NCBI GenBank assembly: GCA_964016885.1
Contig: OZ024746.1
Location: 94,054,001-94,118,000, forward strand
Direction: 5' to 3'
DNA length: 64,000 bases
Source: Eledone cirrhosa
Taxonomy: Eukaryota
Of the stretch, positions 39,140-51,522 are shown piece after piece. The notes below the pieces were generated by a model. It was given only the letters and a program-made list of their open reading frames with translations. It searched no databases and was not told where the DNA came from. Made by a program: the position numbers and the translations under genes. Positions within the stretch are counted from its first letter, which is position 1. Each line of letters opens with the position of its first letter.

Positions 39140-39690
39140 TTTTTTATTTTTATTTTTTCTATTTCTGTGGGGCTGAGGCCATGCTGGGGCACCGCCACCG
39201 AAGCTACACTTTCTATAACCAGCCTACCCTGGTTGGCCATTAATGCAAAAGGGAGTTTGTTGCTGTTGCTCTTATTGATGTTGCACCTCATGCCGTGGGT
39301 TTATCCGGGATCTTGGTCGGTAGAGTGTCGAGATATCTCCTGAAAACATCTACATTCACACCATTTAGATCTCTCAGATTTTTTGGTAGCTTATTAAAAA
39401 CTCCAAGCTATTGCAGTATGTGGTCCTTATTTTCGATACGATGGAGGAGACCTTTCCACTACACAGTGGCGATCTGTTCCTGGGCTGTTCCTGTCTTCAG
39501 TGACGAAGTTTGGTGCTAACCCTTCCAGGATCTTCCATATGTATATCACTGCATATCTCTCCCCTCTCCGCTCCAGGGAGTAAAGCTTTAATTTCTTCAG
39601 CCTCTCCCAGTAGCTCATCTCTTTCATTGATGCATTCCTCTTGGTGTAACTTCGTTGGATTGCTTCAAGTTCTGCAGTTAGTTTTTACAA
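39140..39690 (-). mobile_element. CR1/L2-group LINE 3' fragment
   Basis: ELEAIQRSYTK...MSYWERLKKLKLYSLERRGERYAVIYIWKILEGL; 3'UTR GGCGGTGCCCCAGCATGGCC and an A-rich tail. Confidence 0.82.
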
Positions 39691-39724
39691 TTATGTCACA
39701 GAAATGGCTGATGCGATTGTGTGT

Positions 39725-40285
39725 GTTCTTGTGACGCTAAACTCTGCCAGATGCAGACTGCACATCTACATGCGATATCTCTCTCCACAAAGTTCGATCA
39801 CCAGCAGCAGAGTTCAAAGAGCAAAGATCAAGTCCAGTTCATAAGTTGACATTGTCGAGCCATTGATTTGGCTGCCGGCCTCTGCTTCTCTTACCAGCCA
39901 ACCTTCCTTCCAGGCATAACCTACTCACATCACGAGTTGAGCTTTTTATATGGCCGTATAGTTTGAGTACTCTTGACTTGACAATTGATGTAATTGGTCT
40001 AAGTTTGGTAATGTTGAGCAGCTCACTGATACAGATATGATCGCTGAGCCACTTGCTAGTCATAAGTCTCATGATGTGGTTCTGGAATGTAGAGAGCTTC
40101 TGAAGTTACCTTGTCGTCCAATTAACACAGTCAAGACCATATAACACAACTGGTAGGATGGAAGTATCAAAGATGTTAGCCTTCAAATGATAGGAAACTC
40201 GTTTTGATGTTAGTTCTTCCTTGTTCTTGTTGAAAGCTGCCCAACCTAGAGAGATGCGATACTGGGGAGCAACCATTCCATTGTT
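39725..40285 (-). mobile_element. RTE LINE 3' fragment
   Basis: RISLGWAAFNKNKE...ILPVVLYGLDC...LKLYGHIK...EGRLAGKRSRGRQPNQWLDNV...DRTLWR. Confidence 0.9.
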
Positions 40286-40313
40286 GTGTGTGTGTTTGTG
40301 TATGTGTGTGTGT

Positions 40314-40372
<59 letters not shown>

Positions 40373-40474
40373 TACAAATATATACATAAACATAAATTTA
40401 CACATATACACTACATCATGTGCATCGTGTGATATATATACACACATTTTAACTCCTTCAATTTTCCAGGGGGT

Positions 40475-40635
40475 TAGACGCCATGCTTTGCAACATAGAG
40501 TTACGGCCATTTACGATCTGAGTTCAAATCTGCCGAGGTTAACTTTGTCTTTCATCCTTACGGGGGTTGATAAAATAAAGTACCAGTAATACATTGGGGT
40601 AATTGCTCGCCTTGAGCCAAAAGTAGAAATAATTA
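40475..40635 (+). mobile_element. SINE-A
   Basis: B-box and core motif. Confidence 0.88.
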
Positions 40636-41091
40636 ATTTAATTTTATATTTTAGTTTTTATGTTTTATACTCAGCTTGATATGTATAGCAATGTTATGCC
40701 ATTCTATATCAATCAAATAAAGAATTAGTTGATAAATAAATTAACAATTAAACTATTTAATTGATGAATTGGTTTGTCAACGTTATTTCATCCCAGCCTC
40801 TGACCTTATCAATAAAGATATATCCTTCATACACTTCCTCCTTATCAGTACTTACTCTCTATTCACTGTTCTGTTTCAACACACCTCAACAATCTTACAA
40901 AACAAATACAAAAAAAAAAAAAAAAATGAAATGAAACAGTTTCATTATCTATGAAGATCGTTGTTACCCTTCACGCTTCCACGAGTGGCCTTCATGTTGT
41001 CTATAACCCTGCTACGACAGAAGGAGACTTCTGTCGTATTTCCCAAACCACGAATGACAACGATAATGGTGGTGATGGTCATAATAATAAT

Positions 41092-41232
41092 AATGGTTTC
41101 TACTTTAGGCACAAGGCCAGCAATTACCCAGTGCATTACTGGTACTTTATTTTATCGACCCCCGTAAGGATGAAAGGTAAATTTAACCTCGGCGGGATTT
41201 GAACTCAGCATGGAAAGGGCCGTAACTCTATG
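41092..41232 (-). mobile_element. SINE-A, 5'-truncated
   Basis: Core motif on the minus strand. Confidence 0.88.
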
Positions 41233-41708
41233 TCCTTTAAGTTGCATCAAAATTTCATACATCAATCTGTACAATCCAGGAAGTTAATAAATACTAAAAT
41301 ATCTGTTTGACTTTTGGGCCACCATATATATTGGAATTTTGTATTTCCAAAGAAATACGGTATGTCTATAAATAAACATTTAGAAAACCGTGGCTGTGCA
41401 AAAAAACCGGCGGCTATCACCACCTGGCGGTGTCCAGCAGAACAAGGGGAACAATCGTTGATGCATTTCGAAATGCCGTATAAACATACCGTATTTCTTT
41501 AGAATACGAAATTCCAAGTTATGCTTCACGCCAAATTCTAATTCTATTATATACACTAGCAGAAAAACCACCCTACCGGTGGTTTTCTGCAACCATGTGT
41601 AGTGTGCATATTGATATTATACGCAAATATATATGCATGTAGATATGATATGTCAAATGCATGTATGCAAGCATGTGTGTATATATTTATGTATGTATGT
41701 ATGTTTTA

Positions 41709-42226
41709 TGTCGGGTCACTCTTGAGTGCTACTGGTAACATGTAACCCAGTACAACCTGTCGCCTGGTCCAGTCGTCGGCGATTAAACCGGCAACCCCAC
41801 CAAGTTTACTTCGTGAGGAGGGTGATCTTGGACACCCTGCAGGACAAAAAAAAAACCCTGACAAAGGGCAGAAGAACGGCCATCCGAAAGTGTGTAAATA
41901 TACACATGTACTGCGCAGTTAAACCACTGGGAGTGAAGGACCTCTAGCCTTTGTCAGGGCATTCTTCTAGGGGAAGGTGAATCAGGAAACTGGGATAACT
42001 CCGATATAAAACCTGCGGCTCAGTAGTTACCGATGATGTTGATCTTTTCTTCTTTTCGGGTTATAGCTACTGTCGCTCAGAGAGTGGGATTGGCTCAGTG
42101 CATAGTCTTTCCTCACTTTAAAAAATATCTTCACGCACAGGCATTGCACGATAGAATTAATTAATAATTATTAATAATGGTAAACGGGGCAATGGCTATA
42201 CTCGATAACGAGGGGGCAGCCATTAT
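41709..42226 (+). mobile_element. Bipartite RTE-derived element R-A, second copy
   Basis: Collinear with 5534-6167 except for internal indels; flanked by (TATG)n. Confidence 0.8.
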
Positions 42227-42583
42227 GTATGTATTTTCACGTTCCCTCGGTACTTTAAATAGAACTTTACCAAAGAAGATTTCAGCCCATTGAGAGAGGA
42301 TTTGTTAGACTGGCCTGTAGGTTTCCATTGTTTTACAAACATGTAGGTGAAATAAGGGTAAACGGCCCTTAACTTAATCTGGGGTCGCAGGGGTATCGTC
42401 CTAACACACAGCTTGTCTTAAGCATTTTAAACCTGGAGGAATTCATCCCTATCTAGGTTTCTTCAAGAGAAAGAAAGAATGAGAGATGAAAAGGAAGAAA
42501 GAGAGAAATAGAGAGAGAGAGAGGGGAATAGAGAGAGAGAGAGAGGGTGCGAGAGAGAAAGAGAGAGAGAGAGAGAGAAAGAG

Positions 42584-42662
<79 letters not shown>

Positions 42663-42798
42663 GAAAGTGAGAGATAGAAATTGAGAGAGAGAAAAAGAGA
42701 GAGAAAGTGAGAGAGAGGAAGTGAGAGAAGGAGAGAAAGTGAGAGTGAGAGGGAGAGAGAGAGAGGGAGAGGGAGAGAGAGATAGAGAGAGAGAGTGT

Positions 42799-42829
<31 letters not shown>

Positions 42830-43444
42830 TAAGAGAGAGAGAGAAAGTAATGAAGAAAGACAGAGGAAGAATAAACCCCAGTACTAAACTGGTACTTTAT
42901 TTATCGACCTTTAATGGATGAATATCACGTCAATGGTGCACATGTCTGTGGAATGCTCAGGCGCATACATGTTAATATCACGTGCAGGCTGTTCCATTGA
43001 TCGAACAAATTGGACACACATCGTCGAAACCAACGGAGGTCCATAGCATGCCATTCCATAGAAATACGACCATTGATTAATAAATAAACGAAAGAATCGA
43101 AAATAAATAATTAAAAGACAGCAGAATTAATTAATTAGTTTTCTAACAAAATATTAAAATAAAAACAGAAAAACGTGAAATATTTTTCTTTTCCCTTTTC
43201 ACACTTGGTTGAATGTTTCAAGCGATCAATACACGCTTAAAATGGCGGCCATTTTCTGCCGAAATGTGTTATACATCAGGGCAGTGAATACAAGTGATAA
43301 TTATTAAAGCAACGAACCAAAGAAGGAGCCTCTACTTGGTCATTTGACTTGCTAGACATAGCAGCCAAAATTAGACCCTAAAACCTGGAAAACATGTGAA
43401 ATACCTGAAAATGAGATGGGATAGTCAAGGTTGGAATGTCATTG

Positions 43445-43494
43445 GTGATAAAACATTCTTTCTGACGTTCTAACGACTCTGGCAATTCGCCACC

Positions 43495-43496
<2 letters not shown>
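43445..43496 (-). mobile_element. Single-copy SINE head matching the 29-bp array unit
   Basis: Reverse complement reads AGGTGGCGAATTGCCAGAGTCGTTAGAACGTCAGAAAGAATG. Confidence 0.7.
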
Positions 43497-43525
<29 letters not shown>

Positions 43526-43557
43526 GCCTATACTTATACTTATACATATACATATAC

Positions 43558-43589
<32 letters not shown>

Positions 43590-43744
43590 GTATATGTATA
43601 TGTATCCGTATATGTATATGTATATATATGTATATGTATATGTATACGTATATGTATATGTGTATATATATATAAATGTATATGCATATGTATACGTATA
43701 TGTATATTTATATGTATATGTATAGGTGTATGTATATGCATACG

Positions 43745-43776
<32 letters not shown>

Positions 43777-44093
43777 TATACGTATATGTATATGTATATA
43801 TATATATATATGTATAAGTATATGTATACGTATATGTATATGTATACGTATATGTATAGGTGTATGCATATGTATAGTAAATGTATATATACGTATATGT
43901 ATATATATATATATGTATAGGTATATGTATACGTATATGTATATGTATATGTATACGTATATGAATAGGTGTATGCATATGTATAGTAAATGTACATGTA
44001 TATGTACATATACATATACATATACATGTACATATACATATACCTATACATATACCTATACATATACGTATACATATATGTATACATATAGCT

Positions 44094-44176
<83 letters not shown>

Positions 44177-44384
44177 TAAACGGAATAGAAAATGCTGACA
44201 AATTGTTCACAGTTGAAAAATGGTTTAATTAGGAATAAAAGAGTATTAGTGATTGTATGGGTTAGTATTCAGTTGTGGTTTTAAGTTTTTAAGTTTTTAC
44301 CGGTTGCGCATTTCTAAATGCTTTTCAAAAATAATTTTGAGATAGAGTGTCCGTGCTGTTTGCTCTGATGTGTCTATATATATA

Positions 44385-44402
44385 TATAGACACACACACG
44401 CG

Positions 44403-44434
<32 letters not shown>

Positions 44435-44958
44435 TATATATACACACACACGCGTATATATATATATACATACACACATATATATATATATAAACACACA
44501 CGCGTATATATATATATATATATATATATACATACACACATATATATATATAGACACACACACGCGTATATATATATATACATACACACATATATATATA
44601 TATAAACACACACGCGTATATATATATATATATATACATACACACATATATATATATAGACACACACACGCGTATATATATATATACATACACACATATA
44701 TATATATAGACACACACACGCGTATATATATATATACATACACACATATATATATATAGACACATACACGCGTATATATATATATATACACACACACATA
44801 TATATATATAGACACACACACGCGTATATATATATATACATACACACATATATATATATAGACACACACACGCGTATATATATACACACACACATATATA
44901 TATATATATATACACACACGCGCGTATATATATATATATATATATACACACACGCGCG

Positions 44959-44990
<32 letters not shown>
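44385..44990. repeat. Higher-order compound microsatellite
   Basis: Recurrent CACACACGCGT-(AT)n-ACATACACAC-(AT)n units of roughly 40-60 bp. Confidence 0.85.
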
Positions 44991-44993
<3 letters not shown>

Positions 44994-45332
44994 GGTCTGA
45001 GTTCAAATCCCGCCGAGGTTATTTTATCGACCCCGTAACGATAAAAGGCAAAGTTAACCTCGGCGTGATTTGAACTCAGACCGTAAAGGGACGTATCTAT
45101 GCTAGAAAGCATGGCGTCCGACCGACCCTCTACCGATATTGCCAATTCACCGCCCTTATATATAACTTAGGGCGGGTGGATTGACAGTATCGGTAGAGGG
45201 TCGGACGTTCTGAGTTCAAATCCCGCCCAGGTTAACTTTGCCTTTTATCGTTACGGGGTCGATAAAATAAAACACCAGTAATGCACTGGGGGTAATTGTA
45301 GGTGAGGTAAGTGCATAAAGTAGAAACAATTA
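44991..45332. mobile_element. Head-to-head SINE-A pair with an extra inverted stub
   Basis: Plus stub 44991-45020, minus copy 45020-45155, plus copy 45170-45332. Confidence 0.85.
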
Positions 45333-45344
45333 TAGATACATTAA

Positions 45345-48300
45345 CGATTTTATTTATTATATATTATTTACAATTTGCAGGTCCCTCTGGAAATAGGGTG
45401 AGGGCGCTGAGGGTATTACGTGGTAGTGAGGGGGGAGGATGCCTAAACGTTTGAGAGGCTCTGCTCTAGAAGTTGGTGGTGAGCAACAAGAGGATGAGTG
45501 AGTGAGATGAGTGAAAGAGAAGAATATAGTGGAGAGGAAAGAGCGGTGTCAGAGGGTATATGACACTAAACTAGGTGTGGTGTGGTCCTGTCATATGACA
45601 ATATAACACTCTGTCTCCAATGAAGAAATTATCACCTGATCCAGAGGACAGGTGCAATGTGTCCGAACACGGAAGAGCCGAAATCCCACCGTCATCGCTC
45701 CCATCTCTCTCACCTTCCCCATCTCTCTGTATAGGGAGCAAATGGGGTCCCACGTGCTGGCCGCCCTACAGCCCCCGCGGATAGATTGGAGAGGGCGTTT
45801 TCCCACAGGATGGTTAGGGAGATGCACTGGAAGAGCCTTTCCATCTCGCGGGGCTCACATCTTCGGCTGGCCAGCTCAGCGCCTATGGTGGTGAGTAGGG
45901 AGGTAGCCCTAGGGCCAAGGACACCAGAAGTCTCCACTGCTACAGGTAGCCAGGTCTGTGCCTATGGTGGTGAGTAGGGAGGTAGCCCTAGGGCCAAGGA
46001 CACCAGAAGTCTCCACTGCTACAGGTAGCCAGCTCAGCGCCTATGGTGGTAAGTAGGGAGGTAGCCCTAGGGCCAAGGACACCAGAAGTCTCCACTGCTA
46101 CAGGTAGCCAGGTCTGTGCCTATGGTGGTGAGTAGGGAGGTAGCCCTAGGGCCAAGGACACCAGAAGTCTCCACTGCTACAGGTAGCCAGCTCAGCGCCT
46201 ATGGTGGTGAGTAGGGAGGTAGCCCTAGGGCCAAGGACACCAGAAGTCTCCACTGCTACAGGTAGCCAGGTCTGTGCCTATGGTGGTGAGTAGGGAGGTA
46301 GCCCTAGGGCCAAGGACACCAGAAGTCTCCACTGCTACAGGTAGCCAACTCAGCGCCTATGGTGGTAAGTAGGGAGGTAGCCCCAGGGCTAAGGACACCA
46401 GAAGTCTCCACTGCTACAGGTAGCCAGGTCTGTGCCTATGGTGGTGAGTAGGGAGGTAGCCCTAGGGCCAAGGACACCAGAAGTCTCCACTGCTACAGGT
46501 AGCCAGCTCAGCGCCTATGGTGGTAAGTAGGGAGGTAGCCCTAGGGCCAAGGACACCAGAAGTCTCCACTGCTACAGGTAGCCAGGTCTGTGCCTATGGT
46601 GGTGAGTAGGGAGGTAGCCCTAGGGCCAAGGACACCAGAAGTCTCCACTGCTACAGGTAGCCAGCTCAGCGCCTATGGTGGTAAGTAGGGAGGTAGCCCT
46701 AGGGCCAAGGACACCAGAAGTCTCCACTGCTACAGGTAGCCAGGTCTGTGCCTATGGTGGTGAGTAGGGAGGTAGCCCTAGGGCCAAGGACACCAGAAGT
46801 CTCCACTGCTACAGGTAGCCAGGTCTGTGCCTATGGTGGTGAGTAGGGAGGTAGCCCTAGGGCCAAGGACACCAGAAGTCTCCACTGCTACAGGTAGCCA
46901 GGTCTGTGCCTATGGTGGTAAGTAGGGAGGTAGCCCTAGGGCCAAGGACACCAGAAGTCTCCACTGCTACAGGTAGCCAGGTCTGTGCCTATGGTGGTGA
47001 GTAGGGAGGTAGCCCTAGGGCCAAGGACACCAGAAGTCTCCACTGCTACAGGTAGCCAGGTCTGTGCCTATGGTGGTGAGTAGTGAGGTAGCCCTAGGGC
47101 CAAGGACACCAGAAGTCTCCACTGCTACAGGTAGCCAGGTCTGTGCCTATGGTGGTGAGTAGGGAGGTAGCCCTAGGGCCAAGGACACCAGAAGTCTCCA
47201 CTGCTACAGGTAGCCAGCTCAGCGCCTATGGTGGTAAGTAGGGAGGTAGCCCTAGGGCCAAGGACACCAGAAGTCTCCACTGCTACAGGTAGCCAGGTCT
47301 GTGCCTATGGTGGTGAGTAGGGAGGTAGCCCTAGGGCCAAGGACACCAGAAGTCTCCACTGCTACAGGTAGCCAGGTCTGTGCCTATGGTGGTGAGTAGG
47401 GAGGTAGCCCTAGGGCCAAGGACACCAGAAGTCTCCACTGCTACAGGTAGCCAGGTCTGTGCCTATGGTGGTGAGTAGGGAGGTAGCCCTAGGTCCAAGG
47501 ACACCAGAAGTCTCCACTGCTACAGGTAGCCAGCTCAGCGCCTATGGTGGTAAGTAGGGAGGTAGCCCTAGGGCCAAGGACACCAGAAGTCTCCACTGCT
47601 ACAGGTAGCCAGCTCAGCGCCTATGGTGGTAAGTAGGGAGGTAGCCCTAGGGCCAAGGACACCAGAAGTCTCCACTGCTACAGGTAGCCAGGTCTGTGCC
47701 TATGGTGGTGAGTAGGGAGGTAGCCCTAGGGCCAAGGACACCAGAAGTCTCCACTGCTACAGGTAGCCAGGTCTGTGCCTATGGTGGTGAGTAGGGAGGT
47801 AGCCCTAGGGCCAAGGACACCAGAAGTCTCCACTGCTACAGGTAGCCAGGTCTGTGCCTATGGTGGTAAGTAGGGAGGTAGCCCTAGGGCCAAGGACACC
47901 AGAAGTCTCCACTGCTACAGGTAGCCAGGTCTGTGCCTATGGTGGTGAGTAGGGAGGTAGCCCTAGGGCCAAGGACACCAGAAGTCTCCACTGCTACAGG
48001 TAGCCAGCTCAGCGCCTATGGTGGTAAGTAGGGAGGTAGCCCTAGGGCCAAGGACACCAGAAGTCTCCACTGCTACAGGTAGCCAGCTCAGCGCCTATGG
48101 TGGTAAGTAGGGAGGTAGCCCTAGGGCCAAGGACACCAGAAGTCTCCACTGCTACAGGTAGCCAGGTCTGTGCCTATGGTGGTGAGTAGGGAGGTAGCCC
48201 TAGGGCCAAGGACACCAGAAGTCTCCACTGCTACAGGTAGCCAGGTCTGTGCCTATGGTGGTGAGTAGGGAGGTAGCCCTAGGGCCAAGGACACCAGAAG

Positions 48301-49150
48301 TCTCCACTGCTACAGGTAGCCAGGTCTGTGCCTATGGTGGTAAGTAGGGAGGTAGCCCTAGGGCCAAGGACACCAGAAGTCTCCACTGCTACAGGTAGCC
48401 AGGTCTGTGCCTATGGTGGTGAGTAGGGAGGTAGCCCTAGGGCCAAGGACACCAGAAGTCTCCACTGCTACAGGTAGCCAGGTCTGTGCCTATGGTGGTG
48501 AGTAGGGAGGTAGCCCTAGGGCCAAGGACACCAGAAGTCTCCACTGCTACAGGTAGCCAGGTCTGTGCCTATGGTGGTGAGTAGGGAGGTAGCCCTAGGG
48601 CCAAGGACACCAGAAGTCTCCACTGCTACAGGTAGTCAGGTCTGTGCCTATGGTGGTGAGTAGGGAGGTAGCCCTAGGGCCAAGGACACCAGAAGTCTCC
48701 ACTGCTACAGGTAGCCAGGTCTGTGCCTATGGTGGTGAGTAGGGAGGTAGCCCTAGGGCCAAGGACACCAGAAGTCTCCACTGCTACAGGTAGCCAGGTC
48801 TGTGCCTATGGTGGTGAGTAGGGAGGTAGCCCTAGGGCCAAGGACACCAGAAGTCTCCACTGCTACAGGTAGCCAGGTCTGTGCCTATGGTGGTGAGTAG
48901 GGAGGTAGCCCTAGGGCCAAGGACACCAGAAGTCTCCACTGCTACAGGTAGCCAGGTCTGTGCCTATGGTGGTGAGTAGGGAGGTAGCCCTAGGGCCAAG
49001 GACACCAGAAGTCTCCACTGCTACAGGTAGCCAGCTCAGCGCCTATGGTGGTGGTGAGTAGGGAGGTAGCCGTGGGGCCAAGGTCACGAGAAGTCTCCAC
49101 TGCTAAGGGCACGACCGCAAACCTGTCGAAGAGCGACCGGTAGGGTGTGA
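45345..49150 (-). mobile_element. CRE-like retrotransposon 3' end split by a 79-bp array
   Basis: YRSLFDRFAVVPLAVETS.DLGP.ATSLL..IGAELA, then the array, then SRRCEPREMERLFQCISLTILWENALS; a pyrimidine-rich 3'UTR and AATAAA near 45350 follow. Confidence 0.8.
45870..49105. repeat. 79-bp minisatellite, 40 units plus one divergent terminal unit
   Basis: Unit starts at 45870 and 49030 differ by 3160 = 40 x 79; two main variants. Confidence 0.97.
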
Positions 49151-49249
49151 TTTGGGTGAGGTTCAGTGTACGACTAGACTGATCTGTGATGATGATGGTG
49201 GTGATGGTGGTAGGGGTAGTGGTGGAAATGGGAGGTACATTCGGTACGA

Positions 49250-49471
49250 GTGTATGTTTGTGCATGTATATATGCGTGTGTGTGTGTGTGTATACTTGTA
49301 CGCGTGTGCGTAGGCATGTGCGTGTGTGCGTGTGTGTGTGAGTGTGTGTGCGCGCGTGCGTGGGTGTGTGTGTTGGTGAGTGTGTGTGTGTGTGTGTTGG
49401 TGTGTGTTGGTGAGTGTGTGTGTGAGTGTGTGCGTGTGTGTTTGTGAGTGTGAGTGTGTGTGTGCGCGTGA

Positions 49472-49502
<31 letters not shown>

Positions 49503-50320
49503 AGTATGTACGTTTGTGAGTGTGAGCGTGTGTGTGTGTTGGTGAGTGTGAGTGTGATTGTCTTTCCGTGTGTGTTTGTGAGTGTGTGCATGTGTGTGTT
49601 GGTGAGTGTGTGTGTGTGTGTTGTTTGTGAGTGTGTTTGTGAGTGTGTGTGTTTGGGAGTGTGTGTGTTGTTTGTGAGTGTGTTTGTGAGTGTGTGTTTG
49701 GGAGTGTGTGTGTTGTTTGTGAGTGTGTTTGTGAGCGTATGTGTGTGTGTTTGTGAGTGTGTGTGTGTGTTTGTGAGTGTGTGTCTGTGTGTGTGTTGTT
49801 TGTGAGTGTGTGAGTGTGTTGGTGAGTGTGTGTGTGTGTTTGTGAGTGTGTGTGTGTGTGTGTTGTTTGTGAGTGTGTGAGTGAGTGTGTGTGTGTGTTT
49901 GTGAGTGTGTGTGTGAGTGTGTTTGTGAGTGTGTGTGTGTGTGTTTGTGAGTGTGTGTGTGTTGGTGAGTGAGTGCGTGTGTATGTTTGTGAGTGTGTGT
50001 ATGTGCGTGTGTGTGTTTGTGAGTGTGTGTGTGTTGGTGAGTGTGTGTTTGTGTGTTTGTGTGCGTGTGTTGGTGAGTGTGTGTGCGTGTGTGTGTTTGT
50101 GAGTGTGTGTGTGTTGGTGAGTGTGTGCGTGTGTGCGTGTGTGTGTTTGTGGGTGTGTGCGTGTGTGTGTTTGTGAGTGTGTGTGTGTTGGTGAGTGTGT
50201 GCGTGTGTGTGTTTGTGGGTGTGTGCGTGTGTGTGTTTGTGAGTGTGTGTGTGTTGGTGAGTGTGTGCGTGTGTGTGTTTGTGGGTGTGTGCGTGTGTGT
50301 GTTTGTGAGTCTGTGTGTTG
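49250..50320. repeat. (GT)n-rich compound repeat
   Basis: GTGTGTTTGTGA and GTGTTGGTGA units. Confidence 0.93.
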
Positions 50321-50379
50321 TTTGAGCTTGAGCGATATGTTTTCTTTTGTTTCTTTTTAAATAGGCGTCTTTATTTCTG

Positions 50380-50710
50380 CCACCATCACCACCATCAACA
50401 TAACCCCCATCACCAGCAGCACACGCACCACCACAACCACCGTCACCACCACCACCACCATCGCCACTACTACCACCACCGCTACCACCACTATTACCAC
50501 CATCGCCACTACTACCACCACTACAACCACCGTCACCACCACCACCACCACCACCACCACCACCACCACCATTATTACTACCATCACCACCACTACCACC
50601 GCCGCCACCACCACTAACACCATCACCACCACCACCACCACCGTCACCACCACCGCTACCGCCACCACAACCACCGCCACCACCACCACCACCGCCGCCG
50701 CCGCCACCGT
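50380..50710. repeat. (CAC)n-rich repeat
   Basis: Direct reading. Confidence 0.93.
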
Positions 50711-51193
50711 TATCTCGCTATTGCTACCCTTGTAAACGCCGCCTCCCATCAAATGTCTCGTGTGTTCGCCACGTCCCACGGTCTGTCGTGGTATGCCAGT
50801 TAAGCGTGCTGAGGTCAACCCCCTCCCATAACAACAACAACAGGAGCGGCACGTGGAAGGAGAACTTGAGAGAAGCCACCATCCCTCTCCCTCCCCCTTT
50901 TACACTTCCTCACATCACCCCCTCCTCCTCCTCCTGCCACCCTCTCCATCATCTAGTACAACACGCCACACTCCACATCACCACAGGCTTGTCTTGAAAA
51001 GCTCTATTCCCCATTTCCTTCTTTTAATTTCTTATTTTCCTTATACCCAGTTCCCTTTCCTATTCTATCTCTCTCCTTCTTCTCATCTTCCCCTCCTCAC
51101 ACCCTCTCTCTCTCTCTCTCTCTCTCTCCCTCTCCCTCTCTCTCTCTATCTATCTTTTACATTCCCTTTTTCAGCCCCAGTCTTTTGCTTACA

Positions 51194-51259
<66 letters not shown>

Positions 51260-51522
51260 ATATATATATATACATACACGCATACATACACATAAATACA
51301 CACACACACACACAGACACACACACACGTATATATACATATATAAACTTGGCTCCACCATTTGCCGTTGTTAATCGACGGTATATGTTAACGATATTGCT
51401 ACATTAACGGCTACCGTTACAGGCCCTGTGAAGACTTGCTGACATCTATAATACTGATTCTGTCTACGTTTTTATAACCTAATTAGATTATTCTCTGCAA
51501 AATATTAGTTATCTGGTTTCCT

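Noticed and set aside
50740-50870. Possible upstream piece of the CRE element
   Set aside because: Only a vague KCLV..AT similarity, and on the wrong strand relative to the element at 45-49 kb.
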